A stretch of DNA of 64,000 bases from Catajapyx aquilonaris (taxonomy: Eukaryota), in the NCBI GenBank assembly GCA_000934665.2, contig KZ537972.1, forward strand, positions 62,001-126,000, read 5' to 3'. Positions 13,017 to 24,600 of this stretch are shown here, one piece after another. A program made the translations under genes and the position numbers. The number at the start of each line of letters is the position of its first letter. Position 1 is the stretch's first letter. A model generated the notes under the pieces. It worked only from the letters and a program-made list of their open reading frames with translations, did no database searches and was not told where the DNA came from.

Positions 13017-16000
13017 GTAAAAAAAAAAGCTGATATTCTCTAAAGGACTGGGACGAATGTGTTATCGGAGATGCATCAGGATATCCTATGCATAACTTAC
13101 TGCCTTTTTCCGGGTTGGAAATAGACACGTTTCACTGTTGACATCCAGGACAGGCGGCGTTCCGGGATTATCCTGGAGGCTACCGTGTGTGTATATATAT
13201 CGACGGCAGGTTGTCAATCAAGAGGAAGCATTGATTAAAGGGGGCTTTGGATCTGGTTGTGGCGGGAAGGCTTGACGTAGATGCGGTGAGGCCGGGGAGG
13301 AAGTTACATCCCTCTCGGATCCGGTGCTTGCCTTGCATTTATGCAAAGGGAGCCCTTCTGGGACTTTGTCATGTCAACCTAACCTTCCGGGGTACAGTGT
13401 TGTGGAACGCCAGACGTAAACGCCGCGGTCTTGTTGTTTGTGTCCTTCCAGCAGACTTGGGGAATATGCGTGTTTAATTATTTGTGGGGCTACAGGAGTG
13501 AGGCATATTTCTTATAAGCCAGTTGGGCGGAAAATAGGAGGGTATATGTCGGGAAACTGACGTTTTCTATCAGGCGAAGTTTTTTAAAGTGGGAATTGTG
13601 CCAAAATTCGGCCGATAGTTGATCTTGGCTTGAGGGAACTTTTGCAGTGATTTCAGTGATTTTCAGTTACCACTGAATAGAATGGAAGTGTCTGATTCTG
13701 ATTGATTTAATCAATGATGCACTTATCGGGTGTGTCTTAGTGCAGTCCAAGTTACAATGCGTTCATTTTTATGTTTTGTGGATGTTATTTTTGGAAAGTA
13801 TATGTGAATGTTGCTAGTTTACGTTGCGTTATCAATTTCAGCACAAGCATGCCTAATAGGCTCACAAATTAAAATATTAATCATTTTCAACAGACTGCGC
13901 GTCCTGCACGTACGACCTAATGTCGGCTTATAAATGGTCAGGTACTTTTTCCCAAGTTTTTGCGAATTTTAAGTGTCACAGCAGTGTGAAATCCACGAAA
14001 GGTCTAGAGTTGAGTGTCTCTCTACACAGCAAACAGTTCCGGTACCGGCAGTGAAAACGGGAATGTTCTTACTACAGTGTCGGACTTAAATATTTATACC
14101 GCGTGCAGCTGGTGCATGTACGAGTAGCAATCAGAGAGTTGACTGGATGCTTCAAATTTAGTTTTTCTCCCCGGTCTGGAGCACACTTTGCTATTTACTA
14201 CTGCCCCGGTCCCTTTGCTGTTGTCTTGTTAGTGAAACTTGTTTAGCCGTCCTTTAAATCGTTTGAGTTTGAATTCAACGCGTGCAGTTACTCTCTGAAA
14301 GCGGGTGCACATCACATAAACATTATTTGGGGCACAATAAAGCTGCTCTGCGACAATACTAGTATATGATGTTGGATTTAATCGGTATAATAGAGCACAT
14401 TGTTGCAGAACCCTTATTGTGCAAAAATAATGCTTACGGGAAGTGTACAAATATGTAGCGGGACAAATAGTTATTTGAATAGTTAAACTGACTTTGGCTG
14501 ACTTTGTTATTGATGTACGAGGCTGATAATGTGTGGGTGGTACAAAAAGTCGGAAATGTGCTGATGGAAATGTCCGACATAAAACAGCACGCGATTTGTG
14601 TGGTTTTAACGAGATAATTCTGCATGTTCGTTGGAAGTTGCCGGAGTAGTTCGGTCGTTACAACACAACTTCTTCTCAACGTGTGCCCGCAGATATTTTA
14701 TCAGGTGGTCCACGAATTGCTGAGAGATAAAAATAATTGTTACGTTTAAGCCAATAATATTCACAGCGGTTTTGGTATAAAGGCTCTTTATGAACTACTA
14801 ACTGCACTCAATTAGCAGGAAAACATCGACATTTGTAGTCATGTTGTGATTTGCAGTCGCATTTTAACATTTTGCTCCAAATTATCCTTTTTTGGGGAAA
14901 TTTTTATTACCACGTTAATTGAAAGGTACAGTACATAGCTTGATCAAATGAAAACGAGAATTTTGCCATACAAAATTTAAAAGCCAGTATAGTGAAGATG
15001 TACCTTTCACACGTGATCACTTTGCAGTGTATATAGTGAAAGGCGAAGGGATTGTTTGAACTCTGAATTAGCGTTGAGTCCAAATAAAAAGGCTAAAAAA
15101 TCCATCCACACCAACAACCAATTCGGCATTAACAGCAGCCCATCAAGCAGAATGACGGAGATAACTGTCACATTCATGAATTTATCGATTATGCCACTAA
15201 GGAAGCGGTACTAACATTGCGACATTTTCATTTGGAATGCATACATAATTTAAGGGAAGTTGTGTTGTGTACTTGCGTAATTTTAATGCGATATTCACTT
15301 TAACGTGCAAGTGATTTTCTTGCAAATCAGCAAAAGACAGTTCTGTTCCTTTGTGCCATTAAATCCCTCTCCTAGCACGTCGTCTTAATTATCTGCAAAA
15401 CCTTTGATCAACAGCACTGAACGAAATCCTTTTCTCATTAAATCTCACCCCCTCCTTATCTGATAGTTAAGTCATCTTACGCAAATCTGACAGCCGTTAC
15501 AGTTACCCAACGAAAAGGCAACAACATATCAATCAACCCATGCAGATAATCGTGTTACTCACCTGACAGCCGCAATCATGCAGAGCACTCCTTGCAAAAT
15601 AATGCCTAGCACTTGGTTAAGGCCCGTCCCAGTGTATCCGATAGTCTCGAGAAACTTTTGAAGACCCTTCGGGGGGACCTTTGGTATTTTGCGAAAAGGC
15701 TGTAAACCGCATCAACCCTCCTCCGTCCTCAGTGCGTGGCAGCAAAAGTGGGCCTTGACTTAGTAGGTTTTCCTGGAAGGAAAATGAAAATCCTTCGCTC
15801 CTTACTATGATAAGGGGGTGAACTGGAAGTAAGGAGATAAAAAAAATAGAGGGAGGGGGGGGGGGAGATAAGGGAGGGGCGAAGAAGTGAAGTGGAAGAG
15901 TGGAAAATTTGTCGCCCTAGGTGACGTTATAAGGGAGGATGGGAAGTTTGTGAATACGGGAGATCATAAAATTCATGGTGGAGGGATTGAGATATGGAAC

Positions 16001-17103
16001 TTGACGCCACCGGGAGTTTGACTATGGTTGCTTTTGGAAGAAAAAAAAGAAGAGAAGAGGACAAGGGTAGCAGATGCAGATGCCTTTTGTTCCAGTAGCT
16101 GCGCCTGGAAAATTCCTGCCTGTTTCTCTTATTGAAAAACTTGGATTCGTCCCGCGATGGGAATGTGGCCCTCATTTTCAGAGTTGCATGGCGCGAAATG
16201 ATTCGATTTGGCAATAATTTACGAGGCGGGCCTTTTGCAGCAGGGAAAATCTTTCCGGAACAATAAGAAGCTACCAAGTAATTTCTAGGAAGGGCCGGAT
16301 TTTTGGGGCCTTCCCATACCTGCATGGCCCCCGCTTCCATATTCAGAAATGAATTTGACGTTTTATACATCCATTCTGACAGCCGTTAGGAAAGTTTGTC
16401 ATTTCACTTCCCTCTAAGCTATATCTGCGACCATATGTAGTAAAATGGACGGTTTATGTGGCTTTTCAGCCTTGGTGGTATCTATAAAAGTAAATTGAAC
16501 TCCCCACTTGTCTTCTACAAGTTTTAATTAAGCTACCGGGTTATATTCTAAGGGGTTTTTGTGCAGTTTGTTTTAACCAAGACATATTTGTTATACAGAC
16601 GTATTCTCCCCCATTTTTATGACTGGGAATGTAATACGCTGTAAAAAGTAAACGCATCTGCTGAAGTGGCGGGTCGGTTTTATATTTTCTAGGAAAGCCA
16701 TTCCTATAAAGGGATAGGCTGGCGAATGGTGATGGAAATGGACGAATTTACTATTACTGCCAGCTTTTTTTTCTCTCTATCCCGACTCATAGTGCGAATG
16801 CATTACTACTTTAATTGTGGTATTTCAAACGGTCCATTTCATGTCACTTCAATTACGTGATGGGTCCTTGCAGTTCCAATTACGTGCAGCGTTGGCACTA
16901 ATTTCCCGTCTTTGAGATTAGGGAAGAATAGGGACTAATGAGCCGTTTTCGTGAGGCAGGCTTGAGTGCAATCTTCACGTGGAAATCCAGACGTTAGGGG
17001 GAAGGAGAGAGAAAACGAGATTGCAGAAGAGAAATTGGTGGGGGATAATTTTTCCTCTCCCGTTGTAGAAATAAGTTGTCAACAAGCCCCTGATAGTAGT
17101 GCT

Positions 17104-17132
17104 CTAACAAATGTTTCTCGTTTCAGGTAAGC
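17104..17132 (+). other. Candidate recursive splice site (ratchet point): branch point, polypyrimidine tract, then CAG|GTAAGC
   Basis: CTAAC (17104-17108), TTTCTCGTTT, CAG (AG 17125-17126), immediately followed by near-consensus donor GTAAGC, on the sense strand of a very long intron. Confidence 0.6.
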
Positions 17133-20100
17133 TGCGTTGGACACCTGCTGGGAGCATGCATAGTTAAACCGACATGTGACGAACGTCATGTAGCGGTGAG
17201 CCTTTCGCTCCTGTGGGAGCTATTTTTTTTTTTTCGGACCAATATGTGCTTGAATGGGATGGTGTATTGCAGGCACCCTTGAAGGGGATGCAACCTGGTT
17301 GGTCCTCGCTTATTCACACACTTTTACGGCAAAATCAATATCGGCACGTGAGCAGTGCATCCACATTGCGTGGGAAAAGGGGTAAAGAGAAGCAAGATGC
17401 ATCGATTTTCCATCCGGCGCAAGTGTACCCAGGGTTCAACGATTTTCGTTGAATGGAATTCTTACACTGGATTCACAGAGAGGTCGGGCTTGCAGCACAG
17501 GTCTAGAAGGCAGGCTGAGCTGTGAGCTGATTAGAATATTACATGCCAGGTTTTTATGACCGAACATGCCCGTTAATTACGCGGTGAGAAGGGACAGGGA
17601 CAGTTTCACATCGGAGATGGGCATTATGGGTTAATCCCCGTTTTATTCGGCCCATGTGCTGCGCCTTGATGACTCCGCTGACATGCATTTGCCAGTCCCT
17701 TGGGGAGGAAAGAGCGCAGAATGCAACTAATTCCAAGTCCAGCTGGCATTCAGGTGGAAGTTCATATTAAAACTGTGTTTACCAGCGTAGATTTTCCATA
17801 TTACCAGGAGGAGCCTGGAAGATGAGATTCCTCCGGCTGGCATTTTCCTGCAGAAGAGAAGATTGGTGTGCTTCTTTGGAAGGAAGGGGGGGGGGGGGGN
17901 NNNCATAGTAATTAATTTGTACCTTGCTGTCAACAGGGGAAAGGTCGAGGCAATTCAACAGGCCTTGGGTCAGATTAAGAGGGGCGGAGAAACTTGTTCT
18001 CAGGGGATGATTGGGCCCGGGGGCGAAATAATTACAACCCGTTTTTGCTAGGGTTTTTTTCCCCAGGAGTCAATGAACCGCTTGAAAAAAGTTTCAGCTC
18101 CCCCCAAAAATTGGATCCGCTTATAACTGATATTTGAGGGGGACATACTGTAACGGCCTAACGTGGTGGCAGTGCGTGTGCCGGAGCCACGAGGAGGCTT
18201 ATTTATAGTCTGTTGTGGCGGAATTAACCCAGGGACAAAACAGAAATTAATTGCAGCAGGAAGCAGCGAAGGGGGCATCAGAAGCACCGGTCCCTAGAGC
18301 ATAAATTTTGTATAAATGGAGATCCGGGGCGCGGGCTAAAATTTTATTTTGCTTAACTGGATTTGCAAGTGTGCGCCGGTGTGACTAGTAATTAACGGTG
18401 TCGAGGCTCGCGGGCGCGAAAAGGCTCAGGTACTAGATGTCACGGAGCGGGCTTGGAAACGTCACGTTTTGTGAGTTGACAATGAGAGCACGGGGGAAAA
18501 AAGCAGGTCTTTTTACAGTGGGATAGGCTATTCGTTGGTGTCCCGCGGGCTCTTTTTGGTAGGATTGTACAGGGTGAGCCATCACGCGGCGCTCATTTCA
18601 CTAGGGACTAAATGGGGGAGATAATTAGATTCAGGGGAGGACAATATGAAGGTGCTGAGAAAGTGGTGGTATCAAGTGTGGGGATGGCCGCGGCAATTTA
18701 GTTTATGGGTATAAAGCCGGAGAATTTAAATTTGAACTGGGGAAGTTTTTTTTTTAAAAAAAAAGCATGACCTGTTTTCATAAGTTACTGTAAATAGGCT
18801 AGGCGGTGGAGGAGGCCTCGGAGAGATCAGATGCCTTGAGGGTTGTAAAAATATTGCTGGCGGTGCATTACAGTGCTAAAGGATGGCCTACTGTGTATAG
18901 ACTATGTCACTGTAGCCATCTCAATTGAGGAAAGTTTTTACAGGGTGTGCATAAAGGTGCTGTACACAAAACAGGGTTTAAAAGCCAGGTCAGGTAGCTA
19001 CAATGTTGTAGATGTTGGAGCTTTACAAGTGGCTATAAAAGTAATGGTGTTGCTTTTGAATGGACTTACAGTACATGTTCACATGTGTTTATGTTGCTCT
19101 GTAGCGTCTTCATAGAGTATAGTACAGTATAAGAATGGTGTGATGTAACACGAGTCAATGCTGTACATTAAATGCAGGATGCCTATTAGTCCTATTGCTG
19201 ATGCGGGGTAGTGAATGAGCGGCTTACTTTAGGATCACAGAGTTCCGGGGCGCATTGATGCATTGCGGTGTTCTTTTTCATGCTAATAACCTGGAAGCGT
19301 CAGTCGATTTGCGCTTCATTTATCCTGCAAAATGATTCATGGGATAATACATTACCGGCCAACACTGGGTAGAGGGTATGAAAATTGTGCGAATGATTCA
19401 AATGGTGATGCAGTTCGCGCTGCTTTTTTGTGTTTACAGAATGGCAGCAGAAAGGTATAGGCCCCCACAGATGCGAGGGTGGATTTCATTCAACCGGGTT
19501 TCCACACCCCCCCCCCCCCNCCCCCCCCCCCCCCCCCCATTTGAAAAACCAGTCTGTTGCGGTTGCAGGAACATGTTTTTCCGTGCCTGTTGGGATCATT
19601 GCATTTCTTGTTGTACGGAATGATTCATTGAATGGCCTTAAAATTCTGCCATATTGCACAACTCGATTTGAGAATGTTGCTGATTGGCTCCGGTAGAATT
19701 TAATTCACTGAATTGGAATTTTTGTACTTCATTTATTGTGAACTTTGCTGGAATGAGACTTGCGTCAGAGCGACGTTCCAGACTAATATCCAAATTGCGA
19801 TGCATAATGTAACTGATGAATATTGCAGGCAGGTAACTTATAGGTAATTCATGCTGCTGTAATCACCTTTGAGGACTGGTGCCGGCGGGAGAGTGTGCCA
19901 AAAGCGAGATGCCAACTAATAATCCGAATGCAAAACCGGTGCCAACTTGACTCCGGCGGCGCTAACGGATTTCCCCATTTTCTTTTTCCCTGGATCTCTT
20001 TCTCTTCTCATTATTTGATCAGGGCTTGTGGGGAAACTGAGAGGAGCCGCAGGGAATCGATCTGCGGTAGCTGCCGAAGCAGGAAGACGACAAAATGAAG

Positions 20101-21676
20101 CCCCCTACACACCCCCCCTTACCATCCCGAGGGGACCATCAAACGAACTTCCCTCAAGTAGTACCGGAGGAATCGGTTTACCTTTGCATTCAGAGACGGA
20201 AGCATAACTTCCCCATGCTGAAGAAAATGTTACTCGCCTGGAAACTTTCGATACTTTGGAAACAGTTTGAGGGGGTGGTAGGGTGGGAATGGCTGCTCAT
20301 TTTGGAAACAATTTGGCAAGTTACTCATCCACGAAGCGGCCTCCCCACCCCCCACGTTATGAACCGCAGGAGAATTTGTGGCGGAAACCACATCACCTTT
20401 CGCATGGATTGATTAAACGCTGGCCAGAGTGCTGATGAGAGGCTATTTGATTTAAACGCGGCCTGGGAAAAGCGCTCCGAGGTGTGGGTGACCCGTCTCC
20501 TAATGGGGCCGAGACCGAATGACCTCTAGGTGACAAATTATTTTATCGGTGATAAATTTTACTCACGTTCTGGTGTCTGATATGATGACTCCATTCGCAA
20601 ATCCACTTTGATGTCAAAGAAGGCCCAGTATTTCATCTATTACAGTAAGTCTACCTAGTATATTGGAGCTGGAATGTAGAGGAAAATTTTGCCACATTTC
20701 TGTAGGTAGACTGAAAATGCAGTCAGAAATATTTTGAGTAGTCTTAGGCTCAATTATAGTAATTTTTCACTCAATATTGCGTGATTTTTACCAGACAAAT
20801 CCGGTCAATTTTTGGTATGTCCGCTAGTGATTTCTACTAATTTCAGTTCAAGTTGAGTTGTAAAAGTTTTACACCCGGTACTCGAGTACGTATACTTTCA
20901 GAGCGTGGATAAATTTCCCTGCGCAGAGCACAGTCTTGGGGGTTCATGGGTTCAAACTTCGGTCCTTCTCAAAGGAACACCCTGTACTCTCGCATAGAAT
21001 TGATTCAATTGGACTGATTAAAGAAAAGGCCCGTTTGGTGCCATCAGCACCATTTTCTTTTTTTGTGTGTCCAGGGGGGGCCAAAAGTTAGAACTGCTTT
21101 CAAATGAGTCGTCTCGAGAATGACACGTCCGTGTTAATTATTCCGGTCGGAGCGTCGTAATTCCGGAGGATGTCAGGCGGACAAGAACGATCCCAAACTG
21201 TCTCCGGGATAAAGAGCATTTAAGACGCGTGGAAGATTGCGAGCGAAAAATTTCATTTTCTCCTCCAGCGGACAGAGAATAATGATGGAAGCCGCCTTCA
21301 CAAAAAAAAAACTGCTAGAAAAAAAAAAGTTCTCCACATATTACCCCTCTTTGTAGAACTGCGTCAGTACCTCTTTGGTAGATAAGCATTTTCCCCGGGG
21401 TCACACTCCATGGGAACTTGGGCTCAAAAAGTGCGGGTGTTCTTGAGATTAGACAGGTGAGGCCGGGGTCTTAATTAGGATTTAGGACAAAGTCGAATGG
21501 CACCGATGCTTTAGACTCCTTCGTACTTTATGTGCAAGCGGGCATTGTTCCTCGCGAGGGACATAAAGTGCCAAAGTGCCGCGCGAGATGAGGCATTTCG
21601 CCAAGGGTTTTGCGGGGAGATTAAACGTGTGAGACTTGGAAAGGTGAGGTTACGAGCTTTCAGAGTTGGTTTTTTC

Positions 21677-21696
21677 GGAACGTTCCGGAACGTTCC
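21677..21696. promoter_or_regulatory. Perfect four-unit heat-shock-element pattern (nGAAn-nTTCn-nGAAn-nTTCn)
   Basis: GGAAC GTTCC GGAAC GTTCC, inside the 22-bp perfect palindrome 21676-21697. Confidence 0.4.
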
Positions 21697-24600
21697 GGAC
21701 TACTTTTTGGCTGTATAATCTTCAGTCGCTTGGCTGGGGGGTTAATTTGCCTCTCCGGCTGGGGGACTGTGGACGCCCACGGGCGGATATGATCCCCAGG
21801 GCGCAGATGATGAAAATATTAGCCACTCGGCGTGATGATTGGCACAGCATTCCATAAAGGATCACCTCCGATGCGTATTCAGCCCCGTCACTCATCAGCT
21901 CGGCCAACCAACCGTTCCCCGCCTAGCCTACTGAGCAAGCCTCGTTCAAATTGTCCCCTGGACAAATTAAGCCGCCGCCATGTTATTTGTCACATAATCC
22001 AAATAATTGGTTCGCTCTGGATAATGAGCGCAGGGCACATGACAATTATTTACATAAAGGGCGCAATAACCGCGGCGTAATCGGGCAATAATGTAGTGAA
22101 GTACGGCGGACCCTGTTATGTTGTTTACATTTTTTTAAAGGTGCGGTTCGTTATGAGCCAAAAAAGTGCGACTTGGGATTTTTTGTTTTAGACCGAGTCG
22201 AAAGCAATGTCCAGCCTTTCAAAATGGCGAACGAGCCAATAAACGACACCGAACATTTTAATTATTTGCGCATCGGCCCCAATTTACTGCAGTTTCGGCA
22301 ATAAAACATATCTAGCACTATCGATCCTCCAGTCGAAAAGGGTTATGATGCAAAAATATATATATAGCACCGGGGATTCTTCCCAGCATCACTAGGTGCG
22401 GAACCAATAGGGGTTCTTAGATTTATTGACGTTTCACTCCAGAACAGTTGGCGCGCGAATTAGGAAGTGGATTCTAAAATGTCGAGATTGAGCCATGTAA
22501 GAAAGGCGTAAGTGGATCGCGAGTTTAGAGAGAGAGAGAGAAAAAAGGGGGCGCTGGGAATGAAATTGGTGCGATGTCGTCGAATGGAAGGTAATTTGGG
22601 GCTTGGCCACGGGAGCCTCTCGTTCCTCCAGGAAGAGAATGGCGAGGGGGTCCGGCCCCGGGGCCAGCACCCGCATGCTAATGGGCCAATTGCACTCCCC
22701 CCAATAAGCCTTCCCGAGTTCATGCAAAAGAAGAGAACCGGGTAGCGTGGGGGGGGGGGGGGGGNGGGGGGGGGGGGGGAAGACGGCGATGGGGACCCCC
22801 CCAAAGCGAAATGGCTATGGAATTCTAATGCCCTGCGTCCCGTCGCTTTTTCTATTCAATTCCGCTTCTCATCAGGCTTGCCAATGCTGGCTCGTTTTGC
22901 AGTGAGGGAGGAGGGGCGGATGGGTGCAAGGGGAGTCGGGGAGGATGACTCTCCAAGAATCATTTTGGGTTCGATGCTATTGGCTTGGGATTTGTTATGC
23001 AGCGTGTGCTTTGGGTGTACATGTACCTGCGTTCTCATGATGACCTAATTGTAATTGAGTTGGAAGCGGATGCCTGGAAGTTCAGCTAAGCCGCAAAAAT
23101 GGCGGTAGTGCCTGGCATGCAAGTAACTGTTAGAGAACATATCAGTGCAAAGTTCAGCATTACACGAATCCTGCTTATTACTAAAAGGGCTCAGTTTGGT
23201 TAAGTGACTAAACTGTTTGCATTCTCACACTATAGGTCTTCTGTAAATAAAAGTCAGCAACAAATGACTATGGGATTTTGAGATTTTAGCGTGAATTACG
23301 ATCCGTTTCTATCTTGGAGCTTAGAGCTTAAGCAGTGGCATTGCTTAAATCGAGTCTGTTTTTAGTCCCTTAGATTCATGGTCTGTTGTAGATTAGCTTG
23401 GGTAAACAAATGTAAGTTCACGTGCCGTAGTATCCGTAGGGAGATTTCCATCACCTTTTTCAGCTTTTAAGCCTCGGTATTTGAGAATCAGAGTTGGCTG
23501 CCTGAAGGGGGAAACTTTTGTCCTTGCTCAATACTAAAAGGAGGACTTTCCGCATCCTCGGTAAGCTTTTGGATGGGGGTTCTACTATTTTTTTGTGGAT
23601 AGAAGGGAGCAAGGGCTTGCATTTGCTGAATTCCTACCTTTGAATAGACTGTTTTTTCCCACTTTCCTTTTTTTGTGCGTAAACTTTCGAAACGCTCTGT
23701 CAGTCCGTCCTATCTGCAAATGAAACCAAACTTCTTCGGACACATTCAGCTTTTCATAAAGCCTTTATGCATTATTCAAATGCTTTTTCCTCTCTAGCAC
23801 CGGAATACATTTGTCTTACTGAACAAAAAAGGGGCACGCTGCGGTTTTCGACACCGTTGGTGCTAATCATCGATAAACTATCAGACTCTCTTTTTAACCC
23901 CCTCGCCTTTGCATTAGACGCGATCCTTTACTTCCAAACGAGATACTTATTTTTGAAGCTCATTTTCCGGAAGCTGGTGGTATCAACAGATAAGACAATC
24001 CCTGCCTCTGGGAAGCTCATTTTTGCTAAAGATCTGAAGCGACTTCGATCGGGCTAATATAGAAATCAATCCCTTTTGGGTTGGGGGAGGAAAGTTGAAA
24101 ATGTGCAGAGTAAGGGAGGAGGAATGAATATTATATGATTTACAGCTAAAGGGATGTGGGAATGCGAATCAGTTCGAACGATTTTGTTAGGAAAATGGCA
24201 TCTGCTTATCCCTAATGTGAATGTACAAGTTTTATGAATCCTTACAGTTCAAAATGCTGATTGGATTACGGTCATTACCACTGTCCAATCACCCACGACA
24301 TGGGTGCATGGGGTGGATTATGAGCTTTACCCATTTTTGCATATTTCTTACATACTTTACCCGATTAGTAGGATATGACAAGTTCAGTTCTGGAGAGTAG
24401 CATAAATGTTTTACCGGTTTTTTCCACTTTCTGTGCCAAATATGGGGTTCATATTTGCGTGGTGAACATATGTTTAAAAACGCTAATGGAACTCAAAACC
24501 TTATGTTTTTAATGAGTTGAAATCACTGTCTTTGCCACTTGCACGTATAGTGAAATAGGTTTTTCGATGGTTCTTATAGAAATGTAACTGCTTACAGTGC

